This document shows positions 1-7,790 of a stretch of DNA of 64,000 nt, piece by piece. The translations under genes were made by a program, and so were the position numbers. The notes under the pieces were generated by a model. That model did no database searches. It saw nothing but the letters and a program-made list of their open reading frames with translations, and was not told the DNA's origin. Origin of the DNA: Longimicrobiales bacterium (GTDB lineage Bacteria > Gemmatimonadota > Gemmatimonadetes > Longimicrobiales > Gaopeijiaceae); NCBI GenBank assembly GCA_965218295.1, contig CBDCKN010000017.1:70088-134087 (forward strand), written 5' to 3'. Numbering within the stretch: the first letter of the stretch is position 1; each line of letters opens with the position of its first letter.

Positions 1-72
1 CAAGACCACCACCGCCGCGATCCCGAGGGTGCCGAGACCGACGACTCCCCACCGGACTCGTTTGAGGTTCAT
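1..72 (-). CDS. ccmC: heme exporter protein CcmC, first 24 codons only (gene runs off the left edge)
   Basis: ATG at 72..70 lies 10 nt downstream of the ccmB stop and is preceded by a GGGGGG Shine-Dalgarno-like run. Translation MNLKRVRWGVVGLGTLGIAAVVVL is a basic N-terminus followed by a TM helix. Identity is inferred from ccmA-ccmB-ccmC operon order, not from motifs. Confidence 0.4.
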   Translation of the reverse strand, partial: MNLKRVRWGVVGLGTLGIAAVVVL

Positions 73-82
73 TGGGCCCCCC

Positions 83-763
83 TCATTCTTCGATCACGAA
101 ACGAAACAACCATGCTCCCGCGATCAAGAACACGAGAGAGAACGCAGCCAACATCCGTATGTTTCCGCTCACCTCGGCGATGGGCCGCCCCGCGAACAAG
201 CGACCCGTGGCCGTCGTCCCGTAGATGACCACCGGCACAACCAGAGGAAAGACGAGAACGGGAAGCAAGCTCTCTCCCATGGTGCTCCTCGTCGCCATGG
301 CGCTGAAGAGTGTGGTGAGCGCCACGAAGCCCAAAACCCCCAAGCCGACAACCCCGGCCAGGACCATGGGGTTCCCGGTGAACGTCAGGTTGAAGAAGGC
401 GCCGAAGACGATGAACACGAGCCCGACGATGATCGCGAGCAGGATGAAGTTCGCCAGGACCTTGCCCAGATAGAGAGCGTCCAGCGGAATGGGGCTCTGG
501 AGGAGCCCCGCCAGGGCACCGTCTTCCTCCTCCAGCTGGAAGGTCCGCCCCAGGCCTAACATTCCCCCGAAGAGGATGGTCATCCATATCAGTCCGGCCG
601 CGATGGCTTGAGGCCGGACCTGAGACGTATCGATGGCATAGTTGAAGAGGACGCCTACGAGCACGGCGAAAGCGCCCATGGCCGCCAGCCGCTCGTGGGT
701 CCGCATCTCGATCATCACGTCCTTGCGGGCGATGGTCCAGACGATGCGAAGGTAGTCAATCAT
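83..763 (-). CDS. ccmB: heme exporter permease CcmB
   Basis: 226-aa polytopic membrane ORF. Segment GRTFQLEEEDGALAGLLQSPIPLDALYLGKVLAN parallels the E. coli CcmB ERLFRDDLQDGSLEQLMLLPLP region. The start overlaps the ccmA stop (ATGA at 760..763). Confidence 0.9.
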   Translation of the reverse strand: MIDYLRIVWTIARKDVMIEMRTHERLAAMGAFAVLVGVLFNYAIDTSQVRPQAIAAGLIWMTILFGGMLGLGRTFQLEEEDGALAGLLQSPIPLDALYLGKVLANFILLAIIVGLVFIVFGAFFNLTFTGNPMVLAGVVGLGVLGFVALTTLFSAMATRSTMGESLLPVLVFPLVVPVVIYGTTATGRLFAGRPIAEVSGNIRMLAAFSLVFLIAGAWLFRFVIEE

Positions 764-1491
764 TCCGCAGCCTCGACGGTGGCCCGATAGAACCCTTCGA
801 AGCCGTCGGCGTCCCAGCTGCCCCGATCCTCGACCGCCACAAACCGGCCGCGGAACTGGATGGCCACCCGGTCCGCGATCTCGAGACCCTGTCCGAGATT
901 GTGGGTGACCAGGACGACGGTGCGTCGTCCATCCTTCAGCGAGGCGAGCTGATCACGTAGGACCGCAGCAGCGTGGGCGTCGAGTCCCGTGTACGGCTCG
1001 TCCAGGAGGACGACCTCCGGGTCGTGCAGGAGCGCCCGCACCAACGCGACTCGCTGCTTGAAGCCCCGGGAGAGATCTCGAACAGGCGTCGACGCGCACT
1101 CGGTCAGCCCGGCCCGGGCGAGTCGCTCCGGAATACGGTCGTGAAGGTCCTTCAGGCCGAAGAGGCGTCCGAAGAAGCGTAGGTTCTCCTCGGTCGAGAG
1201 CCGACCGTAGAGCAGGCTCTGATGAGAAACCACGCCCACCCGGCTACGCCACTCGCGCTCGCCGATGTCTGCGGGCTCACCCGCCACCCGCACGCGACCT
1301 CCCGTCGGCCTCAGCGTACCGGCTAGCATGCGGAGCAGGGTGGTTTTTCCGGCTCCATTGGGGCCGAAGACCGAAAGAAGCTCACCGGGGGCGAGCCGGA
1401 AGCTGACTCCGTCGACGGCCCGAAGGCCCCCGAAGGTGCGGACGAGTCCCTCGGCCTCCAGGCCGAAGCTCGAGGCACCTAGTGTTCCCAC
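760..1491 (-). CDS. ccmA: heme exporter ATP-binding protein CcmA (ABC ATPase)
   Basis: Walker A GPNGAGKTT, ABC signature LSRGFKQR, Walker B VVLLDEP. I prefer the GTG at 1491, 1 nt after the upstream stop. The longest ORF extends to the ATG at 1551 but would overlap the upstream gene by 59 nt. Confidence 0.88.
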   Translation of the reverse strand: MGTLGASSFGLEAEGLVRTFGGLRAVDGVSFRLAPGELLSVFGPNGAGKTTLLRMLAGTLRPTGGRVRVAGEPADIGEREWRSRVGVVSHQSLLYGRLSTEENLRFFGRLFGLKDLHDRIPERLARAGLTECASTPVRDLSRGFKQRVALVRALLHDPEVVLLDEPYTGLDAHAAAVLRDQLASLKDGRRTVVLVTHNLGQGLEIADRVAIQFRGRFVAVEDRGSWDADGFEGFYRATVEAAE

Positions 1492-1492
1492 A

Positions 1493-1936
1493 CTAGCCCG
1501 CGGTGGGGGTCTTGGGAGCCGCGGCCGCCAGGGGGCGACCACAACCGGCACAGAACCGGCTCCCTTCCACGTTCACGTGTCCGCACTCAGGGCACGTGCG
1601 CCCCTCGGCGAGACCGCGGCGTGCTCGGGAGATCTCCTCCTCCAGCGCGTCCGCCTCGGAAAGAGCCGGATCGGCCTTCCCCTCCTCCATGGCCGCCAGG
1701 GCCTCTCGGGACATTTCCGCCTTGAGCGCCCGGTAGTCGTCTTCATCGAGCTTCCCCGACCGGTAGTCGTACTCCGCGTCACGGAGGCCCTTCAGGGCGA
1801 CGCGCTTTCTGGCTTCGATCTCGGTGGGCTCCTCGTACGACCGTTGGAGCGACGCCCACTCGCCTCGCAGGATGGGGATCAGCAGGAAAAGGATGACGCC
1901 GACGGTGAGCAGCGTCGCTCCGACGATGAGACCCAC
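1493..1936 (-). CDS. single-pass membrane protein with a CcmI-like N-terminal module and a C-terminal zinc ribbon
   Basis: N-terminal TM helix LIVGATLLTVGVILFLLIPIL followed by RGEW. Charged helical region LKGLRDAEYDYRSGKLDEDDYRALKAEMSREAL. C-terminal CPECGHVNVEGSRFCAGCG (CxxC-x12-CxxC). Located between ccmF and ccmA. Confidence 0.6.
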   Translation of the reverse strand: MGLIVGATLLTVGVILFLLIPILRGEWASLQRSYEEPTEIEARKRVALKGLRDAEYDYRSGKLDEDDYRALKAEMSREALAAMEEGKADPALSEADALEEEISRARRGLAEGRTCPECGHVNVEGSRFCAGCGRPLAAAAPKTPTAG

Positions 1937-1937
1937 A

Positions 1938-3986
1938 CTACGCCCCGACTGGGACAGCCGGCGCTCGCTTCTCCGAAGAGCGCCGCGGCGCAGGACTCAC
2001 GGAGCCTCTGGAGGGCCACATGGCGATGAGGCTGCCCAGGGTGAGGATCAGTCCTCCATACCAGATCCAACCCACCAGGATGTTGACCTGCACTTCGAAC
2101 GTCGCCCTCTGGGCCGCGGCGTCGTTCTCGAACGCCCCACCCAGATCCTCCACCCGCTCAAGGATCACGTAGAGATCCTCGAGGAAGGTCGACCGGATGC
2201 CCACCTCGGTCACCGGAGCTTGCCAGGTGACGTAGAGGCGCTTTTCCGTCGTGAGGGATCCCACGGGCACACCGTTCTTCTCGACCGTCATGAGTGCCAC
2301 GGCCTGGCGGAGCATGTTCTGGCCCCGAGGCGACGAGAGTCCTTGATAGGTCAGCGTGTACTCGTGACCGAAGGCGGACTCGATGGTCACCGACTCACCG
2401 GGATCGAGTGTCTGCGTGACCTCCCGGTCGAAGGCCGCGCCGGCGAAGGCCGTGAAGATCAACACCACTCCCACATGCACGATATACCCACCCCAGCGGC
2501 GCCGATTCCGGAGGACCAGATGGACGAAGGCCGGTAGCAGGCCCTCCCCCTCGATGTAGGCCCGGGCCCGCGTGCCCTTCACGAACTCCACGACGATGAT
2601 CGTCAACACGAAGGCAGACACGCCGAAGGTGACGAGGGCCATCCACTGCCTCGCACCCCGCAGGTAGAAGCCGGCGACCACCACGATTCCGACCACCACG
2701 GGCCAGACGAAGTTCTTCGTGAGGTTGCGGCGCGATGCCTTCCGCCAGGCGATGACCGGGCCGATGCCCATCAGGGCCAGCAGCGCTATCCCTATGGGCA
2801 GGTTCACACGGTTGAAGAACGGCGGACCCACGGTGATCGCCTGTCCCGTCAGGCCCTCGGAGATCAGGGGAAGGAGGGTGCCCCACATGATGGCGAAGGC
2901 GATCCCGAGGAATACCAGGTTGTTGAAGAGAAACGCCGCTTCCCGGGAGAGGAACGACTGGATCTGGTTTTCGCTCTTCAGGTCCGGATAACGCCACGCG
3001 ATCAACAGGACACAGACCCCGGTCACCACCCCGAGGAAGATCAGGAAGATGAAGGCGATGGTTGTGTTCTCGGCGAACGTGTGCACCGACTCGATGAGCC
3101 CCGAGCGGGTCAGGAACGTAGCGAAGATCGTGAGGAGGAACGTGAGGCTCACGAGGCCCATGTTCCACACCTTCAGCATCCCTCGATTTTCTTGAATCTG
3201 TATGGAGTGTAGGAAGGCGGTGGCGGTGAGCAATGGAAGCAGTGACGCGTTCTCCACCGGGTCCCAGAACCAGAATCCTCCCCACCCCAGCTCCTCGTAT
3301 GCCCAGCGCATGCCGAAGATGACGCCGTTCGCGAGGAAGAACCACGACAGCAGGATCCAACGCCGTGTGATGACGATCCACCGGGTGTCGAGCTTGCCAT
3401 TCAGAAGTGCGGCGATGGCGAACGCGAACGGCACTGTGAACGCCGTGAATCCCAGGTAGAGAGTGGGTGGATGGATGGTCATCCAATAGTTCTGCAGCTG
3501 GGGATTCAGCCCCCGTCCGTCCGCAGGTGTGAACGCCAGCCGCTCGAACGGATTCACGTCGGCGAACAACAGGACCACCAGGAAGAAGCTCGATACGGAG
3601 AGGAGGACCCCCACCACGTACGGCATGAACTCCCGGTTCTTGTGGCGGTTCGTGAGGACGGCGATGGAGGAGAAGAGCGAGAGGAGAACGGCCCAGAATA
3701 CCAGTGATCCCCTCTGACCCGCCCACAGTCCCGACACCTTGAAGAAGGTGTCGAGCTCGCGGTTGGAGTAGTTGGCAACGTACCAGTACTCGAAGCTGTC
3801 GCTCAGGAACGCGGTAATGATCCCGGCCGAGACCAGCACCAGGAGGAAGAAGACCCCGTAGACGCTACGCTCTGCGATGAGGATCAGGTCGCCGCGCTGT
3901 TTTCGCCCGCCTACGAACCCGAGGACCGCTCCCCAGATTGCGACCGGAAGGGCGAACCAGAGAGCGAGCTCCCCGAGGATCGTCAC
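1938..3986 (-). CDS. ccmF: cytochrome c-type biogenesis protein CcmF (heme lyase component)
   Basis: 682-aa polytopic membrane protein with the tryptophan-rich motif WGGFWFWDPVENASLLP. The GTG start overlaps the ccmE stop (GTGA at 3983..3986). Confidence 0.94.
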   Translation of the reverse strand: MTILGELALWFALPVAIWGAVLGFVGGRKQRGDLILIAERSVYGVFFLLVLVSAGIITAFLSDSFEYWYVANYSNRELDTFFKVSGLWAGQRGSLVFWAVLLSLFSSIAVLTNRHKNREFMPYVVGVLLSVSSFFLVVLLFADVNPFERLAFTPADGRGLNPQLQNYWMTIHPPTLYLGFTAFTVPFAFAIAALLNGKLDTRWIVITRRWILLSWFFLANGVIFGMRWAYEELGWGGFWFWDPVENASLLPLLTATAFLHSIQIQENRGMLKVWNMGLVSLTFLLTIFATFLTRSGLIESVHTFAENTTIAFIFLIFLGVVTGVCVLLIAWRYPDLKSENQIQSFLSREAAFLFNNLVFLGIAFAIMWGTLLPLISEGLTGQAITVGPPFFNRVNLPIGIALLALMGIGPVIAWRKASRRNLTKNFVWPVVVGIVVVAGFYLRGARQWMALVTFGVSAFVLTIIVVEFVKGTRARAYIEGEGLLPAFVHLVLRNRRRWGGYIVHVGVVLIFTAFAGAAFDREVTQTLDPGESVTIESAFGHEYTLTYQGLSSPRGQNMLRQAVALMTVEKNGVPVGSLTTEKRLYVTWQAPVTEVGIRSTFLEDLYVILERVEDLGGAFENDAAAQRATFEVQVNILVGWIWYGGLILTLGSLIAMWPSRGSVSPAPRRSSEKRAPAVPVGA

Positions 3987-4444
3987 CCGGTGAGTTCCTC
4001 GGGTGTCGCCTCGTAACGGCTACCGCACTTGGTCAGAACCAGGGTGGCTTCGAAAACACCATCCTCCCGGAAACGCCCCTCCACGACCGCGTCGACCTGC
4101 TCGTGATCGTTGAAAGTATCGGGCAGCATGTCCGCGTACTCGACGGGGAAGCTGACCGTCTCGTCTTGAAGGTCGACGACCCGGAAGCGATGCGGGCTCC
4201 CCTCTCGGGCCCGCTCCCAGGAGCCTGGTACGATGCGGCCACTCACCTTGACACCCACCTGGTGGAAGGTGGGGTCGTCTTTCACCCGAGCCAGAAGCTC
4301 CATGGGTGTGAGGTAGTACAACATCGTCTGGCTCACACCCGTCCAGATGAGATAGGTGACGACCATGGCCACGCCCGCTAAACCCACGAAGAATCTGCTG
4401 TTGTTTTTCACCTCAGGCCCCTCTGAGTGGGGTCGGCGGACCAC
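3983..4444 (-). CDS. ccmE: heme chaperone CcmE, CxxxY variant
   Basis: N-terminal membrane anchor FFVGLAGVAMVVTYLIW followed by an OB-fold-like body. The C-terminal LTKCGSRYEATPEE aligns with E. coli LAKHDENYTPPEV, so Cys (codon 4025..4027) replaces the haem-binding His. Confidence 0.88.
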   Translation of the reverse strand: MVRRPHSEGPEVKNNSRFFVGLAGVAMVVTYLIWTGVSQTMLYYLTPMELLARVKDDPTFHQVGVKVSGRIVPGSWERAREGSPHRFRVVDLQDETVSFPVEYADMLPDTFNDHEQVDAVVEGRFREDGVFEATLVLTKCGSRYEATPEELTG

Positions 4445-4665
4445 CTCTACGGCTCCGCCAAATATAGGGCCCTCGCAAGGGCCGGCAAAGCTCCTACAAC
4501 CCCAAAAACCCGCACTTTCGGGGCCCGTCCTACACCCATATAGACTACCCCCTACACGGAGGTTCCCTCCCCCCCGGGGGGTTCTCTACAAGCTTCCCCG
4601 GCGCGGGAGGCCCCGCGGGGCCCCACTCGATGGCGCAAGCCCGGCCACGCAGGGTCCAGGCGGTG

Positions 4666-5172
4666 TCAGCCGGGGGCTCTCCGGCCCTTCGCCGCCTGTG
4701 CGAGAGCCCAGTCGGCAGCTTCATCGGGATCGGTCGGGTGGTGCAGGCCCAGCCCTTGGGCCGGCGGCGCTCCCAGGATCGCCACGGGAATCCCCATCTT
4801 CTGCGCCAGGGCGATCTCGGAGAGCGTTCCCCAGGAGCCACCCACCGCGACCACCGCCTCCGCCGCACGGACGACCAAGGCGTTCCGGGCCTCCCCCATC
4901 CCCGTGGCCAGCGGCAAGGCGATCCAGGGGTTCGCCCGGGAGTCGTCGCGGCCGGGAAGGAGGCCCACCGTGGTTCCTCCCCCCTCCACACAGCCCCGGG
5001 CTGCCGCTTCCATGACGCCGCCGAGGCCACCGCAGATGACCACGGCGCCGGCCTCCGCCAGTCGGGCCCCGAGCTTCCGGGCCCGCTCGAGGTCCGCGTC
5101 GTCGGCGTTCCCGGCCCCGATGATGGCGATCCGCAGTGGCCGTTCAGCCGCCGCTCGTCCCTGGGACGTCAC
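4666..5172 (-). CDS. LOG / TIGR00725-like Rossmann-fold nucleotide-binding protein
   Basis: Motifs IAIIGAG...VVICGGLGGVMEAAARG...GMGEARN...VAVGGSWGTLSEIA are typical of the lysine-decarboxylase-like LOG family. The GTG start overlaps the glpK stop. Confidence 0.75.
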   Translation of the reverse strand: MTSQGRAAAERPLRIAIIGAGNADDADLERARKLGARLAEAGAVVICGGLGGVMEAAARGCVEGGGTTVGLLPGRDDSRANPWIALPLATGMGEARNALVVRAAEAVVAVGGSWGTLSEIALAQKMGIPVAILGAPPAQGLGLHHPTDPDEAADWALAQAAKGRRAPG

Positions 5173-6677
5173 AAAGCGCCGCCGGAAACGTTAGCCCACG
5201 TCTTGACCGCCCGAACCGCCCGAGCCCAACCGTCGAGTAGATCGTCTCGCTCGGAGTCCCGCATTGTAGGATCGAACCGCTCGCCCTCGCCCTGGGAAGC
5301 CAGAAACTCGTCGGCGGTGGACCAGACCCCCGTGGCCAGCCCGGCAAGGCCAGCCGCCCCGAGGGCGGTGGTCTCGACCATGGCCGGTCTCCGCACCGGG
5401 ACGCCCAGGACACCCGCCTGGAAGTCCATGAGCCAGTCGTTGTTGGCGGCCCCACCGTCTACGCGGAGCTCCGTCATCCGGACGGAACAGTCGGCCTCCA
5501 TGGCACCGATCACCTCTCGGGTTCCGTACGCCATGGCCTCCAACGCCGCCCGCACGAGGTGCTTCTTGGAGGTTCCCCGGGTGAGCCCGAACACGGCTCC
5601 TCGGGCTTCCGGCACCCAGTGGGGCGCGCCGAGGCCCACGAAAGCCGGTACGAAGTATACGCCGTCGTTGCCCTCGAGGTCGGACGCCATTCGCTCCGAC
5701 TCGGCCGCGTGCTCGAGAACCCCCAGTCCGTCCCGGAGCCATTGCACCGCGGCTCCCGCTATGAACACCGACCCTTCCAGTGCGAATGCGAGACCGCCAC
5801 GGGCGTCGCAGGCTGCGGTGGTCAGCAGCCCATGGGAGGACGGAACGATGTCCGTTCCGGTGTGCATGAGCAGAAAGGCCCCCGTGCCGTATGTGTTCTT
5901 GGCCAGCCCCGCCGACCAGCACCCCTGCCCGAAGAGCGCCGCCTGTTGGTCCCCAACGACGCCGGCAAGGGGCGCCTCGATCTCCAGGGCCTCCCCACGA
6001 CTCACTCCGAAGTCACCACTGCTCAATCGTACTTCCGGGAGCAGGGACTCCGGCACCCCCAGGAGATCGAGAAGCCACGGGTCCCAAGACGCCTGGGACA
6101 GGTTGTAGAGGAGCGTTCGGGAAGCGTTGGTAGGGTCCGTGGCATGCACGTCGCCCTGGGTCAGACGAGTTATCAGCCACGTGTCGACGGTGCCCGCCGC
6201 CAGATCGCCCGCTTCCGCTCGGGCCAGCAGCTCGGGCCGCTCACGGAGGAGCCACATGAGCTTGGTTCCCGAGAAGTAGGGATCCAGGACCAGACCGGTG
6301 CGGCTCCTCACCTCCTCCTCGTGGCCCCCTTCCTTGAGCTCGGCGCACAAGCCCGCGGTTCGCCGATCCTGCCACACAATGGCCCGGTAGACCGGCTCCA
6401 GGGTCTTCCGGTCCCACAGGACGACTGTCTCCCGCTGATTCGTGATTCCGATCCCCCGAACGTCCGCTTCGGTGGCCGACTCGAGGGCCTCCCGTGCCAC
6501 GCCTCGCGTGACATCCCAGATCTCTCCGGCGTCGTGCTCCACCCAGCCGGGCCGGGGAAAGTGCTGGGTGAACTCGGAGTAGGCCCGCCCGAGCACGCGG
6601 CCGTCTTGGGCGATGACAAGACAGGTCGAGCCGGTCGTCCCCTGGTCGATGGCGAGGATGGAAGCGGTCTTGCTCAT
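5169..6677 (-). CDS. glpK: glycerol kinase
   Basis: N-terminus MSKTASILAIDQGTTGSTCLV (FGGY kinase phosphate-1 motif) with full-length similarity pattern to GlpK. ATG at 6677 overlaps the maf stop (ATGA). The longest ORF continues to 6722. Confidence 0.92.
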   Translation of the reverse strand: MSKTASILAIDQGTTGSTCLVIAQDGRVLGRAYSEFTQHFPRPGWVEHDAGEIWDVTRGVAREALESATEADVRGIGITNQRETVVLWDRKTLEPVYRAIVWQDRRTAGLCAELKEGGHEEEVRSRTGLVLDPYFSGTKLMWLLRERPELLARAEAGDLAAGTVDTWLITRLTQGDVHATDPTNASRTLLYNLSQASWDPWLLDLLGVPESLLPEVRLSSGDFGVSRGEALEIEAPLAGVVGDQQAALFGQGCWSAGLAKNTYGTGAFLLMHTGTDIVPSSHGLLTTAACDARGGLAFALEGSVFIAGAAVQWLRDGLGVLEHAAESERMASDLEGNDGVYFVPAFVGLGAPHWVPEARGAVFGLTRGTSKKHLVRAALEAMAYGTREVIGAMEADCSVRMTELRVDGGAANNDWLMDFQAGVLGVPVRRPAMVETTALGAAGLAGLATGVWSTADEFLASQGEGERFDPTMRDSERDDLLDGWARAVRAVKTWANVSGGAL

Positions 6678-7282
6678 GAGTCCGCCATGTGGAGAGACCC
6701 GAACCGGTACTCCCAGCCGCACTCCTCCAGGAGGTTCATGAGGAGGGAGATCGGCAGGCCGACGACGGTAAAGTAGTCGCCCCGGATTTCGCTCACCAGC
6801 GCCGCTCCCAGTCCTTGGATGCCGTACGCTCCGGCCTTGTCGAGAGGCTCTCCGGTCTCGACATAGAGACGGGCGACCTCGGTTCGGAAGGAGCGAAGCG
6901 AGACCTCCGTAGTGGCCACGCCGCTGTGCACTTCTCCCGACGGGAGGGCCAGGGCCAGGCCACTGGCCACGATGTGGGAGCGCCCGGCGAGGCGGAGGAG
7001 CATATCTTCGGCATCCTCCGGACCGGTGGGCTTTCCCAGGATCTCGTCGTCCAGCACGACGACGGTGTCTCCGCCCAGGACAGCCGCATTGGGTCGCACA
7101 CGGGTCACCGCCAGGGCCTTCTCACGCGCCAGGCGCTCCACGTGCTCCTCGGGTGTCTCACCCGGCAGCACCTCCTCCAGAAGGTGCGCGGGCTCGACGG
7201 TGAAGGTCAGGCCGAGCATGCCAAGGTACTCCTTACGCCGGGGTGACGCCGACGCCAGGACCAAAGGAGGAGGACCGCTCAT
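6674..7282 (-). CDS. maf: Maf-like nucleoside triphosphate pyrophosphatase
   Basis: N-terminal LVLASASPRRKEYL signature, GAYGIQG motif, about 200 aa. Confidence 0.9.
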   Translation of the reverse strand: MSGPPPLVLASASPRRKEYLGMLGLTFTVEPAHLLEEVLPGETPEEHVERLAREKALAVTRVRPNAAVLGGDTVVVLDDEILGKPTGPEDAEDMLLRLAGRSHIVASGLALALPSGEVHSGVATTEVSLRSFRTEVARLYVETGEPLDKAGAYGIQGLGAALVSEIRGDYFTVVGLPISLLMNLLEECGWEYRFGSLHMADS

Positions 7283-7308
7283 CTCTCGAGACCGCTCATC
7301 TCTCGAGA
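7273..7308. repeat. 17-bp tandem duplication (2.1 copies) spanning the dtd stop and the maf start
   Basis: GACCGCTCATCTCTCGA occurs at 7273..7289 and again at 7290..7306. Each copy carries an ATGA on the minus strand. Confidence 0.95.
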
Positions 7309-7736
7309 ACGAGCGTGACTGGCCCGTCGTTCACGAGGGACACGTCCATCATGGCGCCGAACTCACCCGTCGCCACGCGTCCGGGCAGCCGGGCTTCCAG
7401 GATCTCGACGAATCTCTCGTAGAGCGGAATCGCGATCTCCGGCGGCGCCGCATGGACGAAGCTAGGGCGACGTCCCTTCCTGGTGTCACCGTAGAGGGTG
7501 AACTGGCTCACCACCAGAAGGGAGCCACCCACGTCCTCCAGGTCTCGGTTCATCTTGCCATCCGCGTCGTTGAACACCCGGAGGCCCACGACCTTGTCGG
7601 CCATCCATTCCGCTTCGTCCGTCGAGTCGCCCCCGGTGAATCCAACGAGGAGGAGATGCCCGATACCGATCTCACCGACGGCCCGACCGTCGACCATCAC
7701 CCGGGCTTGGCTCACGCGCTGCAACACAACTCTCAT
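7296..7736 (-). CDS. dtd: D-aminoacyl-tRNA deacylase
   Basis: MRVVLQRV start, SQFTLYGDTRKGRRPSF motif, about 146 aa. The longest ORF reaches 7772, but the canonical N-terminus begins at the ATG at 7736. Confidence 0.9.
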   Translation of the reverse strand: MRVVLQRVSQARVMVDGRAVGEIGIGHLLLVGFTGGDSTDEAEWMADKVVGLRVFNDADGKMNRDLEDVGGSLLVVSQFTLYGDTRKGRRPSFVHAAPPEIAIPLYERFVEILEARLPGRVATGEFGAMMDVSLVNDGPVTLVLER

Positions 7737-7790
7737 GGGGGCATTACCCCTGCACGGAGCGAAGGCCGTCACATACAGGGCCCGGGCGGC

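Noticed and set aside
4529-4622. In the LOG-ccmE intergenic region: direct repeats CCTACAC (4529..4535 and 4551..4557) and GC palindromes CCCCCCGGGGGG (4570..4581) and GGCCCCGCGGGGCC (4609..4622).
   Set aside because: They are too short and too compositionally trivial in a GC-rich genome to call regulatory. The palindromes lack loops and U-tracts, so they are not convincing terminators. They might matter for ccm promoter control, but I cannot support that from sequence alone.
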